From the NCBI RefSeq assembly GCF_009914755.1, contig NC_060928.1: a stretch of 64,000 nucleotides of DNA. One strand, given 5' to 3'. The stretch's first letter is position 1, and every line of letters starts with the position of its first letter. Source of the stretch: the human T2T-CHM13v2.0 reference genome, Homo sapiens. Positions 1 through 13,430 of the stretch are shown piece by piece. The position numbers and the translations under genes are program-made. The notes below the pieces were generated by a model. It was not told the DNA's origin. It did no database searches and saw only the letters and a program-made list of their open reading frames with translations.

Positions 1-273
1 CAGGTGTGCCCCTCTGGGACGAAGCTTCCAGAGGAATGAGGAGGCAGCAGTCTTTGCTGTTCTGCTGCCTCTGCTGGAGAAACCCAGGCAAACAGGGTCT
101 GGAGTGGACTTCCAGCAAACTCCAGCAGCCCTGCAAAAGAGTGGCCTGATAGTTAGAAGGAAAACTAACAAACAGAAAGCAATAACATCCACATCAACAA
201 AAGAAATGACCACACAAAAACTGCATCCAAAAGTCATGAACAGCAAAGACCACAGGTAGATAAATCCATAAAG

Positions 274-1299
274 AGGAGGGAAAACCAGGGCAAAAAGGCT
301 GAAAATTCCAAAAACCACAATGCCTCTTCTTCTCCAAAGGATCACAACTCCTCGCCAGCAATGGAACAAAACTGGACGGAGAATGAATTTGATGAATTGA
401 CAGAAGTAGGCTTCAGAAGGCAGGTAATAACAAATTCCTTCGAGCTAAAGGAGCACGTTCTAACCCAATGCAAGGAAGCTAAGAACCTTGGTAAAAGATT
501 AAAGGAATTGCTAACTAGAATAACCAGATTAGAGAAGAACATAAATGACCTGATGGAGCTGAAAAACACAGCATGAGAACTTCGTAAAGCATACACAATA
601 CCAATTGCCAAATCGATCAAGCAGAAGAAAGGCAGAGACTGAAGATCAACTTAATGAAATAAAGCATGAAGACAAGAATAGAGAAAAAAGAATAAAAAGG
701 AACAAATAAAGCCTCCAAGAAATATGGGACTGTGTGAGAAGACCAAACCTACATTGGATTGGTGTACCTGAAAGTCACAGGGAGAATGAAACTAAGTTGG
801 AAAACGCACTTCAAGATATCATCCAGGATAACTTCCCCAACCAAGCAAGACAGCCCAACATTCAAATTCAGGAAATACAGAGAACACCACAAAGATACTC
901 CTTGAGAAGGGCGACCCCAAGACACATGATCGTCAGATTCACCAAGGTTGAAATGAAGGAAAATATGTCAAGGGCAGCCAGAGAGAAAGGTCAGGTTACC
1001 CACAAAGGGGAATCCATCAGACTAACAGTGGATCTCTCTGCAGAAACCCTACAAGGCAGAAGAGAGTGGCGGCCAATATTCAACATTCTTAAAGAAAAGA
1101 ATTTTCAACTCAGAATTTCATATCCAGCCAAACTAAGCTTTATAAGTGAAGGAGAAATAAAATCTTTTACAGACAAGGAAATGCTGAGGGATTTTTTTTT
1201 TTTCAGCACCAGGCCTACCTTACAAGAGTTCCTGAAGGAAGCAGTAAATATGGAAAGGAAAAAACAGTACCAGCCACTGCGAAAACACACCAAATGTAA
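274..1299 (+). pseudogene. Inactivated L1 ORF1p (RNA-binding chaperone)
   Basis: Fragments 361-576 (coiled coil) and 734-~1200 (RPNL.WIGVPE...TPRH.IVRF...RISYPAKLSFISEGEIKSFTDK). Start appears mutated ATG>AGG; internal stops; poly-T frameshift near 1192-1203. Confidence 0.9.
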
Positions 1300-1362
1300 A
1301 GACCATCAACGCTATGAAGAAACTGCATCAACTAATGGACAAAATAACCAGCTAGCATCATC

Positions 1363-4300
1363 ATGAGAAGATCAAATTCACACATAACAATATTAACCTT
1401 AAATGTAAATGGGCTAAATGTCCCAATTAAAAGACACAGACTGACATATTGGATAAAGAGTCAAGGCTCATCAGTGTGCTGTATTCAGGAGACCCATCTC
1501 ATGTGCAAAGATACATATAGGCTCAAAATACAGGGATGGAGCAAGATTTACCAAACAAATGGAAAGCAAATAAAAGCAGGGGTTGCAATACTAGTCTCTG
1601 ATAAAACAGACTTTAAACCCACAAAAATAAAAAAAGACAAAGAAGGGCATTACACAATGGTAAAGGCATCAACACAACGAGAAGAGCTAACTATACTAAA
1701 TATACATGCACCCAATACAGGAGCACCCAGATTCATAAAGCAAGTTCTTAGAGACCTACAAAGAGACTTAGATTCCCACACAATAATAGTGGGAGACTTT
1801 AACACCCCACTGTCAATATTAGACAGATCAACAAGACCAAAATTAACAAGGATATTCAGGACTTCAACTCAGCTCTGGACCAAGTGGACCTAATAGACAT
1901 CTACAGAACTCTCCACCCCAAATCAAAAGAATATACACTCTTCTCAGCACCACATAGCACTTATTCTAAAATAGAGCACATAATTTGAAGTAAAACACTC
2001 CTCAGCAAATGCAAAAGAACATATCATAACAAGCAGCCTCTCAGAAGACAGTGCAATCAAATTAGAACTCAGGATTAAGAAACTCACTCAAAACTGCAAA
2101 CTACATGGAAACGGAACAAACTGCTCCTGAGAGACTACTGGATGAATAATGAAATTGAGGCAAAAATACATAAGTTCTTTGAAACCATTGAGAATAAAGA
2201 CACAATGTACTGGAATCTCTGGGACACAGCTAAAGCAGTGTTTGGAGGGAAATTTATAGCACTAAATACCCACAGGAGAAAGTGGGAAAGATCCAAAATC
2301 AACACCCTAACATCATAATTAAAAGAACTAGAGAAGCAAGAGCAAACAAATTCAAAAGCTAGCAGAAGACAAGAAGTAACTAAGATCAGAGCAAAACTGA
2401 AGGAGATAGAGACACGAAAACTCCTTCAAAAAATCAATGAATCCAGGAGCTGGATTTTTTGAAAAGATTAACAAAATAGATAAACCACTAGTGAGACTAA
2501 TAAAGAAGAAAAGAGAGAAGAATCAAATAGACACAATAAAAATTATAAAGCGGAGGTCACCACTGAGCTCATAGAAATACAAACTACAATCAGAGAATAC
2601 TATAAACATCTCTACACAAATAAACTAGAAAATCTAGAAGACACGGATACATTCCTGGGCACATACACCCTCCCAAGACTAAACCAGGAAGAAGTCAAAT
2701 CCCTGAACAGACCAATAACAAATTCTGAAATTGAGGCAGTAATTAATAGCCTACCAACCAAAAAAAAGCCCAGGACCAGATGGATTCACAGCCAAATTCT
2801 ACCAGAGGTACAAAGAGGAGCTGGTATCATTCCCTCTACAATTATTCCAAACAATAGAAAAAGATGGACTCCTCCCTAAGTAATTTTATGAAGCTAGCAT
2901 CATCTTCATACAAAAACCTGGCAGACACACAACAAAAAGACTATTTCTGGCCAATATCCATGATGAACATCAATGCAAAAATCCTCAATAAAATACTGAA
3001 AAATCAAATCCAGCAACACATTAAAAAGCTTATCCACCATGAGCAAGTCGACTTCATCCCTGGGATGCAAGGCTGGTTCAGCGTACACAAATCAATAAAT
3101 GTATTCCAATACATAAACAGAACCAATGACAAAAACCACATGATTATCTCAATAGGTGCCATAAAGGCCTTTGATAAAATTCAACACCCCTTCATGATAA
3201 AGACTCTCAATAAACTAGGTATTGATAGAATGTATCTCAAAATAATAAGAGCTATTTGTGACAAACCCACAGCCATACTGAATATAATACTGCATGGGCA
3301 AAAGCTGGAAACATTCCCTTTGAAAACCAGCTCAAGACAAGGATGCCGTCTCTCACCACTCCTAATCAACATAGTATTGCTAGTTGTGGCCAGGGCAACA
3401 AGGCAAGAGAAAGAAATAAAATGTATTCAAATAGGAAGAGAGGAAGTCAAATTATCTCTGTTTGCAGATGACATGATTGTATATTTAGAAAACCCCATTG
3501 TCTCAACCCCCAAACTCCTTAAGCTGATAAGCAACTTCAGCAAAGTCTCAGGATACGAAATCAATGTGCAAAAATCACAAACACTCCTATACACCAAGAG
3601 TAGACAGACAGTGAGCCAAATCATGAGTAAACTCCCATTCACAATTGCTACAAAGAGAATAAAATACCTAGGAATACAACTTACAAGGGATATGAAGGAC
3701 CTCTTCAAGGATAACTACAAACCACTGCTCAAGGAAATAAGAGAGGACACAAACAAATGGAAAAACATTCCATGCTCATGGATAGGAAGAATAAATATCA
3801 TGAAAATTGCCATACTGCCCAAAGTAATTTATAGATTCAATGCTATTCCCATCAAGCTACTGTTCACTTTCTTCACAGAATTAGAAAAAAACTACTTTAA
3901 ATTTCATAAGGAACCAAAAAAGAACCCATATAGCAAAGACAATCCTAAGCAAAAAGAATAAAGCTGGAGGCATCACTCTACCTGAAACTATACTACAAGG
4001 CTACAGTAACCAAAACAGTATGGTACTGGTACCAAAGCAGATATATTGACCAATGGAACAGAACAGAGGCCTCAGACATACCACCACACATCTACAACCA
4101 CCTGAGCTTTGACAAACCTGACAAAAGCAATGGGGAAAGGATTCCCTATGTAATAAATAGTGTTGGGAAAACTGGCTAGCTGTATGCAGAGAACTGAAAC
4201 TGGACCCCTTCCTTACACCTTATACAAAAATTACCTCAAGATGGATTAAAGACTTAAACGTAAGACCTAAAACCATGAAAACGTTAAAAGAAAACCTAGG

Positions 4301-5180
4301 CAATATCATTCAGGACATAGGCATGGGCAAAGACTTCATGACTAAAACACCAAAAGCAATTGCAACAAAAGTCAAAATTGGCAAATGAAATCTAATTTAA
4401 CTAAAGAGCTTCTGTACAACAAAAGAAACTATCATCAAAGTGAACAGACAACATACAGAATAGGAGTAAATTTTTGCATTCTACCCATCTGACAAAGGGC
4501 TAATATCCAGAATCTACAAGGAACTTAAACAAATTTACAAGAAAAAAACAATCCCATCAAAATGTGGGCAAAGTATATGAACAGATACTTTTCAAAAGAA
4601 GACATTTATGCGGCCAACAAACATATGAAAAAAAAGCTCATCATCACTGGTCATTAGAGAAATGCAAATCAAAAACACAATGAGATACCATCTCACACCA
4701 GTTAGAATGGCGATAATTAAAAAGTCAGGAAGCAACAGGTGCTGGAGAGGATGTGAAGAAATAAGAACACTTTTACACCATTGGTGGGAGTGTAAATTAG
4801 TTCAACCATTGTGGAAGATAGTGTGGAGATTCCTCAAGTATCTAGAACTAGAAATACCATTTGACCCAGAAATTCCATTACTGGGTATACACCTAAAGGG
4901 TTATAAATCATTCCACTATAAAGACACATGCACACGTATGTTTATTGCTGCACTATTCACAATAGCAAAGACTTGGAACCAACCCAAATGCCCATCAAAG
5001 ATAGTCTGGATAAAGGAAATATGGCACATATACACCGTAGAATACTATGCAGCCATAAAAAAGAATGAGTTCATGTCCTTTGCAGGGACGTTGATGAAAC
5101 TGAAAACCATCTTTCTCAGCAAACTAGCATAGGAACAGAAAACCAAACACCAGATGTTCTCACTCATAAGTGGGAGTTGA
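1363..5180 (+). pseudogene. Inactivated L1 ORF2p (endonuclease, reverse transcriptase, C-terminal Cys-rich domain)
   Basis: EN motifs TLNVNGLN, CIQETHL, IVGDFNTPL (1363-1893); RT motifs [23 protein letters not shown] (2864-3961); [17 protein letters not shown] (4662-5132). Broken by frameshifts and stops. Confidence 0.93.
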
Positions 5181-5889
5181 ACAATGAGAACATATGGGCA
5201 CAGGAAGGGGAACATCACACACTGAGGCATGTCAGGAGTTGTGGGGGAATGGAAGGGACAGCATTAGGGGAAATACCCAATGTAGGTGGCGGGTTGATGG
5301 CTGCAGCAAACCACCATGGCACATGTATACCTATGTAACAAACCTGCACGTGTAACCCAGAACTTAAAGTCTAATAAAAATAATTTTTAAAAATCATATA
5401 TTTTTTAAAAATCTGCATATTATTAGAGAGGAATAGTCCTTCCCTAAATGTATCTGGATCCATGGAAGTGAGAATCCGATGTGGTAAGAGATCTTACCAA
5501 AGCCCGGGGGCCTGCAACTACAGAAAGGACACATCATAGTACCTGAGGAAAAAATGTTTGTTTTTTGAGTCACATTCCACAAAGCAATAAAAGAGAAATG
5601 TATAAAATCGCTCATTTTGAACTCTTAAGCTCTAAGGTACGGCAAATCCCCCAGAGTGACTGCGTAGTATAGCTTCTTATAGTATCTGATCTCTAGGAAG
5701 TCCCTTTATTTCCCATCACTCAGCCATGCATTAATGTGGTGTCATCTTATATTCAAATGTATTTTACATCATTTTCATATGTGCTATCCCAGAATGAGCG
5801 TACCTTATGTTTATTTCACTCCAATGCCAGAAAAAGAGGTTTCTCATTCACTCTTCGACTACAGTCAGGTATTTTTCATGCTTTTGTTT

Positions 5890-7172
5890 CCAAATCCATG
5901 AACATATGCCTGTCTTCATTCCACTCAGATTCAGCTGTCCTTGTTTATCACACCCTTTCTCCTGGAAATTCCTCTCTTACCTTCCTAGAGACTCCACTCT
6001 GTGGGGAATCTTCTGCCGCTTACTACTCTTTCTCCATTTTCTTTGTTGTCTCTTCCTTCTCAATCTCATTTCTAAATTTTGAAATGCCCCATGGTTGTTC
6101 CTGAGGTTTCTTCTAGCCCTATATTCTTCTCCTAGGAAATCTCATCCAGTTTGACTTTAAATGCCATCCAAATTTAAATCTTCTGGGCTCCAAAGCCATA
6201 TTTTAATTTGTCCATTTAATCTCAACTATATCGTCACAATTAAATATACCCTCAAAATATGTTTTCTCTCTAGGTTCTCTCTTCTCAATAAATTACTCCA
6301 CCATGAATTCAACTGCTGAAGTAAAAGGTAATAGTAATATATGAGTAATTATTTTTTCTTTTCCTCATATTTCATATCCAGTCCATCAGTAATTTCAATT
6401 CTATCATCAAAACATATCTCAAAATGCCCATGTGCCTCTACATACTCTGCCTACCCCTTATCCAAAGTATCTTGATGTTCTTTCCTATACTGTTGAAATG
6501 TCCTTTTAAATCACCTCTCAGCTTCTATTCCTCTCCCCAGAATCTATTTCCCACAGAGTAGCCAGAATGACCCTTTGAAAACTTAACTCATATTGATTCA
6601 CGGCCTGCCTAAAATAGTATTTTAATACCTAAAATGCTATTTTACTCCTAATAAAATCCATTATGATAGCATCATCAAGAAATCTCTGAAAATCAGGAAG
6701 GCTGTCTTCTCCAACCTCATGCCATTCCACAAATTATTATATTTTAGCTTGGCTTGAATCCTCTTGTTCCTCAATTACCAAACTTTTTAATACTCAGGGC
6801 CTTTTCACTTGCTATTTTCTCCTTTCATCCTGTCTGGTTCTTTGAATGGTTTGTTCTTTTTTGTTATTCAAGCATCAACTAAACACCAGTCTCAAAGAAT
6901 TTAACCCTATCTGTCCTAGCTAAGTAAACCTCTCTAATTAAAATCTATCATGTTGCCCAGTTCAATCCATTCAAAGTACCAATTAAATCTCTAAATCTTT
7001 TGTTTACGCACATGTTTATTGATTGTCTCCACCCAGTAGAATGTAAGCATCTTAACACCAAGACTATCACTGTTTTGTTATCCATATATTCTCAGTACTA
7101 AGCAACATGCCCATTATATCTAATATTCAATAAATATTTACCGAGATAAATAGGTGACTACATTAATGAATG
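5890..7172 (+). mobile_element. L2 LINE fragment (RT-region remnant to 3' end)
   Basis: Pyrimidine-rich L2-like body (cacagagtagccagaatgaccctttgaaaa; cagggccttttcacttgctattttctcc) and 3' terminus tagaatgtaagc...tattcaataaatattt. Confidence 0.75.
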
Positions 7173-8308
7173 GCATTAACTGCCTATGAATTGTGGGACT
7201 AACAGTCTCATATAACTAACAATTGTGGTTGCTGGCATAATGCATAATTTTCACTGTTTTATTATGTGGTTACAGATAAATATGTTTATTCATATTTATC
7301 CAGGCAGTTTACAATATGATGATGTGGCTACTAATTTATAGTAACTAAAATTAAGAAACCATATAAAAACTCATCAGCAAGTGAATGCTTAAATAATTTT
7401 TAGAACATTCATATTGTATAATATCACAAAGCCTTTTCAAATGTTGATACAACTCTCTAGTTAGGGAATTAAAAGATGACCATCATATGTCATCACATGG
7501 AAATAGGTTACAAAAGATCTTTTCTAATATGAACTTATTACTAGTAAAGTACAAAGACAAAGAAGAGCATCTGGAAACAAAATATATAAGAAAATACTAG
7601 CAAGGGTAACATCCTGGTAGTGACATATAAGTAATTTGGTTTTTTTTTCTGCCCTTGTAATAGCACAAATATTCTCAAATTAATATATCCTGGACAGGAA
7701 TTATCTTATAATTAGAAAAATAGCCTGTACAACTAGTTATAGTTTGGGAAAAACAGAAAAATTAAAGTACGAATTTCCATTATTTATAAAAATATTTGTT
7801 CCATTTCTACCTTTAGAAGGAATATAGAAGGAAATGTAATGTAATATAGAAGGAAAACAAAATTTTAAAACTCCTTAAAGGACTTCAAAATACAAATTTT
7901 TCCAGTTTTATCTTATTTTGTTTATTCTTAAATATCATATACTACTTCCACATTCCAACACTCTCTTTTTCTTTCATTTCTCTACACACCCTAGTGCTTC
8001 TGTCACGGTTAAGTCAATGAATTTTGAGCAAGAAAATAAACCTCTCATTTATTTTCTTCCACTATAAACCTGACTGAACTAAAGAATAGGGTTTGTGTTT
8101 GGAATGGTTATGAAATTTATACTCTTGGGAGCAGAGACCAAGAATCCAAAAGGAAAGAATGGGTGTGAGGGACAGAAGTAGAAGCAGAAACACCTCTGGA
8201 GCAGTGTGACCTCTTCCCTTCCTTCCTTTTTTGCTGCCAAAAGCTGTGACTCAGAAGGGACAACACAAATGTGAAGGAAAGCAGATCCTTTCTGCTTACG
8301 TATTTCAC

Positions 8309-8362
8309 GAGGGCCAATGAGAATTCTGCTTACATGAGGGCCAATGAGAATTCTGCTTACAT
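8309..8362. repeat. Perfect 27-bp tandem duplication (GAGGGCCAATGAGAATTCTGCTTACAT x2)
   Basis: Read directly: 8309-8335 and 8336-8362 are identical; each contains CCAAT. Confidence 0.95.
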
Positions 8363-9785
8363 GTGATAACAGGGGCGATGGAAATTTACTTTCATTCTTC
8401 ATACCCTTTCCACTCATATTCACATACTTGCCCATCTATTTAGATAACTAGAAAATGTTTCAGCCAAAGTATTCTTATAGCAATTCCAAATGAAGTTTAA
8501 AAAAAAAGGTGACTTTGTTTTTCTTTCATTTTTATAATACCATAGATCTGAGATTTTCTTAGTTTGAGGAATATTACATTTTAAAAGAAATTAAGGATCA
8601 GAAAATTGCCTCAGCCACGTAATTGAGGCTCCATAGGTGAGTTTCAACTTTATTTGGGAAATATTGCTATTGCTGTGCAGTAAAGTGATGCAGAATGTTA
8701 AATAGGACTCAGTCTAAGTTTATGTAGTCAAATTTTATTGCTTTCCAAACAAATGAAACTCATTCCTCCTGAATTTTATGGTTAGCTATTTGTCTTCTAA
8801 ATCAAAGTTCTATGATTTTAGCATGGCAAGAATGTTGTTTAGCGACAACATTGCCATTTGTATTTCTGTGGTAAAGTTAAAAAGGAGAGTGTGCTCCTCT
8901 CATTTTCTTTTGTCTTGGTTCTGTCCAGGCCATGAAAGTTCTCTAACTGGTTACTCTGCAACTCTAAAGCACCTTTCTTTCTTAAGAGAGAAAACTAGCA
9001 ACAATAAGACATATTCTAAGTCTTACATGGAAAGTAAAAACATATCTATTTATGATCAACTTTTCTAGCTTATATTGGAAATACTACTAAACACAACAGA
9101 GACCATTCCTCCCTGATTCATATACAAAAGAATTAATAAGTACACATACTCTGGACCTACTACAAGGTATAAAAATGGTGGCAACTCATACTGTCTTTGT
9201 GAGCCAATTAAAAATGTCTATTTTAAGTTTAGCAAATTTAATAAAATCAATAACACCAGAGACTAGTATAGGAAATGTTTCTGGCAGTCTTTTGTGATAT
9301 GTACAGATCACTTTTATATTTGGGAGTAATTATAATGACCGTAGTTTTCTAAATTAAGTACCAGCAATGGAAATGATTGAATGATGCCAGGCCTGCACAT
9401 CCCCCGAGACATTGCATTTTCCCTCATCTCCAAATGGAGTCACTTGACTCCACATTGACACTTGTTTTTCACTTAGATTCCAGGAATAATTGTGATTTTA
9501 AGGAAATTAAAAAAAAATAGAAACTAGATCAACACTCTAGCAGAAAATCATTATTTTTTATAAGATGTCCTTGATAAAAATTCATGTACTGTGTTCTAAA
9601 GAAAAACTCTCCATCTTATCCCTCCAGTTTGTAACTGATTTCCTGTCTTATACACAAAGCCAATGCCCATGTTTGATGCCATGCTTACTGTCCAGTATTT
9701 CTGTCCCTCTATTCCAGCGGTGTCTTATGTTTCTTTGGTAATACCTATCTTGCCTTATACAAAATAAAATGAAAATGGATTAAAA

Positions 9786-12700
9786 CAACTAGAGAAGCAA
9801 GAGCAAACCAAACCCAAAATAAGTAGAAAAAAAGAAATAATAAGGATAAGAGCAGAAATAAATGAAATTGTAACAAAGAAAACAATATAAAAAGTCAATG
9901 AAACAGAAAGTTGATTCTTTCAAAAGTTAAACAAATTGACAAACTTTTAACCAGATGAAGAATACAAGAGAGGAGATCCAAATAAATAAAATCAGAGAGT
10001 AAAAGAAGACATTACAACTAATACTGCAGAAATTCAAAGGATCATTAATGGCTACTATGAGCTAATACATGCCAGTAAATTGAAAAATCCAGAAGAAATG
10101 GAAACATTCCTAGACACATACAAGATTGAATCATGTAGAAATCTGAAACTTGTACAGATCTATGACAAGAAACAGCATAGAAGATGTAATAAAAAGACTC
10201 CAAGTAAAGAAAAGCCCAGGACTTATGGTTTCACTGCTGAATCTAACCAAACATTTAAAGAAATCATAAGACCAATCCTTCTCAAACTATTCTGAAAAAT
10301 AGAGGAGGAAGGAATACTTTCAAACTCATTCATTATCCTGATACCAAAATCAGATAAAGGTGCATCAAAAATACAAAACTACAGGCCAATATTCCTGATA
10401 AATATTGATGCAAATTTCCTCAACAAAATACTAGCAATACATTGGAAAGATCTTTTATCATGTCCAAGTGGGATTCAACTCAGAGATTCAAGGATGGTTC
10501 AAGATATGCAAATCATACACAGTGATATATCATAGCAACCCAATGAAAGACAAAATCCATATGATCATGTCAATTGATGCTGAAAAATTATTTGATAAAA
10601 TTCAACATACTTTCAAGATAAAAAGCCTCAAAAACTTGGTATAGAAGGAACATACAACATAATAAAAGTCATATAAAATATACCCATAGCTAGTATCATG
10701 CTGAATGGGGAAAAATCTGAAAACCTTTTCTCAGAGTTCTGGAACACAACAAGTATACCCACTGTCACCACTGTCATTCAGCATAGTACTGGAAGCTAGA
10801 AAAATCAGACAAGAGAAAGAAATAAAAGGCTTTCAAATGGGAAAGGAAACAGTCAAATTATCCTTCTCTGCAGATGGTCTAATCTTGTATTTGGAAATAC
10901 ATAAAGACCACACCAAAAAACTATTAGAACTGATAAAGAAATTTAGCAAAGTTGTAAGTTCCTCTGAATGGGCTACACCATGGTTGAGCCATTGTGACCC
11001 CTGTGACACACACATGCAGGCCTCCTGGAGTCGCAAAGCCTGCAGCAACAGGAGAACCACTAAAGAAGAAACATCTAGTTCCTGCCTTAACTGATTAACC
11101 AATCTTGCAACATTCCACCACTGTGATATGTTTCTGCCCTACCCTAACTAATCAATCAACCTTGTGATATCCTGTCTTGTGGCATCCCCCCACCTCATGA
11201 CTATGCACCTTGTGACATTCTTCCCCTGCCCGAAAAAACTGCCCCTAACTGTAACTTCCCATTACCTACCCCAAACCTATAAAACCAGTTCCACTTCCAC
11301 CACCCTTCACTGACTCCTTTCTGGAACTCAGCCTGCTCGCACCTGAGTGAATAAACAGCCTTGCTGCTCCCACCTAGCCTGTTTGAGTAGTCTTTTCAAT
11401 TAGGTGTGTGCATAACAAAAATCAACATACAAAAAGTCATTAGTATTTTTATATGCCAACAGTGAACAATCTGAAAAAGAAATCACGGATGTAATTCCAT
11501 TTACAGTAGCTACAAGAAAAATCCTAGGAATGAACAAAAGTAGTGAAAGATCTCTACAATAAAAATTATAAAACACTGACACAAGGAATTGAAGATGACA
11601 CAGAAAGATGGAAAGATATTCCATGTTCATGGATTCAAAAATTAATATTGTTAAAGTATCCACACTACCCAAAGCAATCTAGATTCAATGCAATCCCTAT
11701 CAAAATACCAATGATGTTCTTCACAGAAATAGATATAAACTATCCTAAATTTTATATGCAACCGCAAAAGACCCCAAACAGCCAAAGCTGTCCTGAGCAA
11801 AAAACAAAACTGGAGGAATCATATTACCTGACTTCAAATTATACCACAGAGCTGTAGTAACCAAAGTGGCATGGTACTGGCATAACAGACACACAGACTG
11901 GTGGAACAGATTGGAGAACCCACAGATAAATCTAAACATCTACAGTGAGCTCATTTTCAACAAAGGTGCTAAGAATGCACACTGGGGAAAAGGATAGTCT
12001 TTTCAATAAATGGTGCTGGGAAAACTGAATAGCCATATGCAGAAGAATGAAACTCAACCCCTATATTTTGCCTTATACAAAAGTAAAATGAAAATGGATT
12101 AAAAACTTAAATCTAAGATTTCAAACTTTGAAACTACCACAAGAAAACATTGGGAAAACTTTCCAGGACATTGGTCTGGGCAAAAATTTCTTGAGCAATA
12201 CTGCAATACACACATGCAACCAAACCAAAAATAGACAAATGAGCTCCAATCAAGTTTAAAAGCTTCTGCACAGCAAAGGAACAAATCAACGAAGTGAAGA
12301 GGCATCTCACAAAGAAGGGAGAAAGTATTTTCAAAGTACCCATCTGACAAAAGATCCATAACCAGAATACAAGTTGAGTTCCATATAAGGAGCTCAAACA
12401 ACTTCATAGGAAAAAAACTAATAATCTGATTAAAAAATGGGAAAAGACCTGAATAGACATTTCTCAAAAGAAGACATGCAAATGGCTAACAGGTATATGA
12501 AAAAGTGTTCAACACCAAAGAAATGCAAATTAAAACTAAAATGAGATATTATCTCACACCAGTTAAAATGGCTTATATCCAAAAGACAGGCAATAACAAA
12601 CACTGGCAAGGATATGGAGAAAAGGAGAAACTCCAGTACACTCTTGTTGGGAATGTAAATTAGGGCAACTACTATGGAAAATAGTTTGGAGGTTCCTCAA

Positions 12701-13430
12701 AAAGCTAAAAATAGAGCTACCATATTATGCAGCAATTCCACTCCTAGGTATATACCAAAATAAAGCAAATCAGTATGTAGAAGAGATATCTGCACTCCTA
12801 TATTTATTGCAGCACTATTCACAATAGCCAAGATTTAGGAAAAACCCAAGTGTCCACCAGTAGATAAATGGATAAAGAAAATGTGCTACATATACACAAT
12901 GGAGTACTATGCAGCCATAAGAAGAATGAGAACCAGTCATTTGCAACAGCATGGATGGAACTGGAGATCATTATGTCAAGTGGAATACGCCAGGCACAGA
13001 AAAGCAAACATTACATGTTCTCACTTATTTGTGGGAACCAAAAATGAAAACAATTGAACTAATGTAGACAGAGAGTAGAAGGATGGTTACCAGAGGCTGG
13101 GAAGGGTAGTGGTGGTGGTGGGGTTGAGGAGAGTGTGGATGGTTCATGGATACAAAAATAAAAAGAATGAATAAGACCTAGTATTTGCTAGCACAACAGG
13201 TTGAGCGTACTAAAAATAATATGAATTAGTACATTTTAAAATAACTAAGAGAGTATAATTAGATTGTTTGAAACACAAAGGACTAATGCTTGAGGTAATA
13301 AATACCCCATTTCTCCTGCTGTGATTATTTCATGTTGTATACCTATATCAAAATATCTCATGTAATGCATAAATACATACACCTACTATGTACACACAAT
13401 AATTAAAAATTAAATAAAAATAAAATAAAA
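9786..13430 (+). mobile_element. 5'-truncated LINE-1, L1MA1/L1MA2-like, interrupted by an LTR
   Basis: ORF2 remnants (10080-10295, 10705-10950, 11543-11857) and diagnostic 3'UTR aagacctagtatttgctagcacaacagg...cacctactatgtacacacaataattaaaaa followed by an A-rich tail. Confidence 0.9.
10953..11417 (+). mobile_element. Solo ERV1 LTR of the LTR7/HERV-H-F group (LTR46-like)
   Basis: TG...CA termini, 465 bp; LTR7-type blocks ttcctgccttaactgat, cctataaaa, cttcactgactcctttctggaactcagcc, gaataaacagccttg; splits L1 ORF2. Confidence 0.8.

Larger units (their letters stand above)
1..5393 (+). mobile_element. LINE-1, near full-length, L1PA7/L1PA8-like (5'UTR continues beyond window start)
   Basis: 5'UTR end, ORF1, inter-ORF spacer (gctagcatcatcATG), ORF2 and 3'UTR ending ...cagaacttaaagtctaataaaaa in colinear order. 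The 3'UTR (gcagcaaaccaccatggcacatgtatacctatgtaacaaacctgcac) is typical of older L1PA. Confidence 0.95.

Noticed and set aside
734-5132. Long ORFs (210, 176, 365, 156 aa) as functional genes
   Set aside because: Fragments of L1 ORF1p/ORF2p separated by frameshifts and stops; the element is dead.
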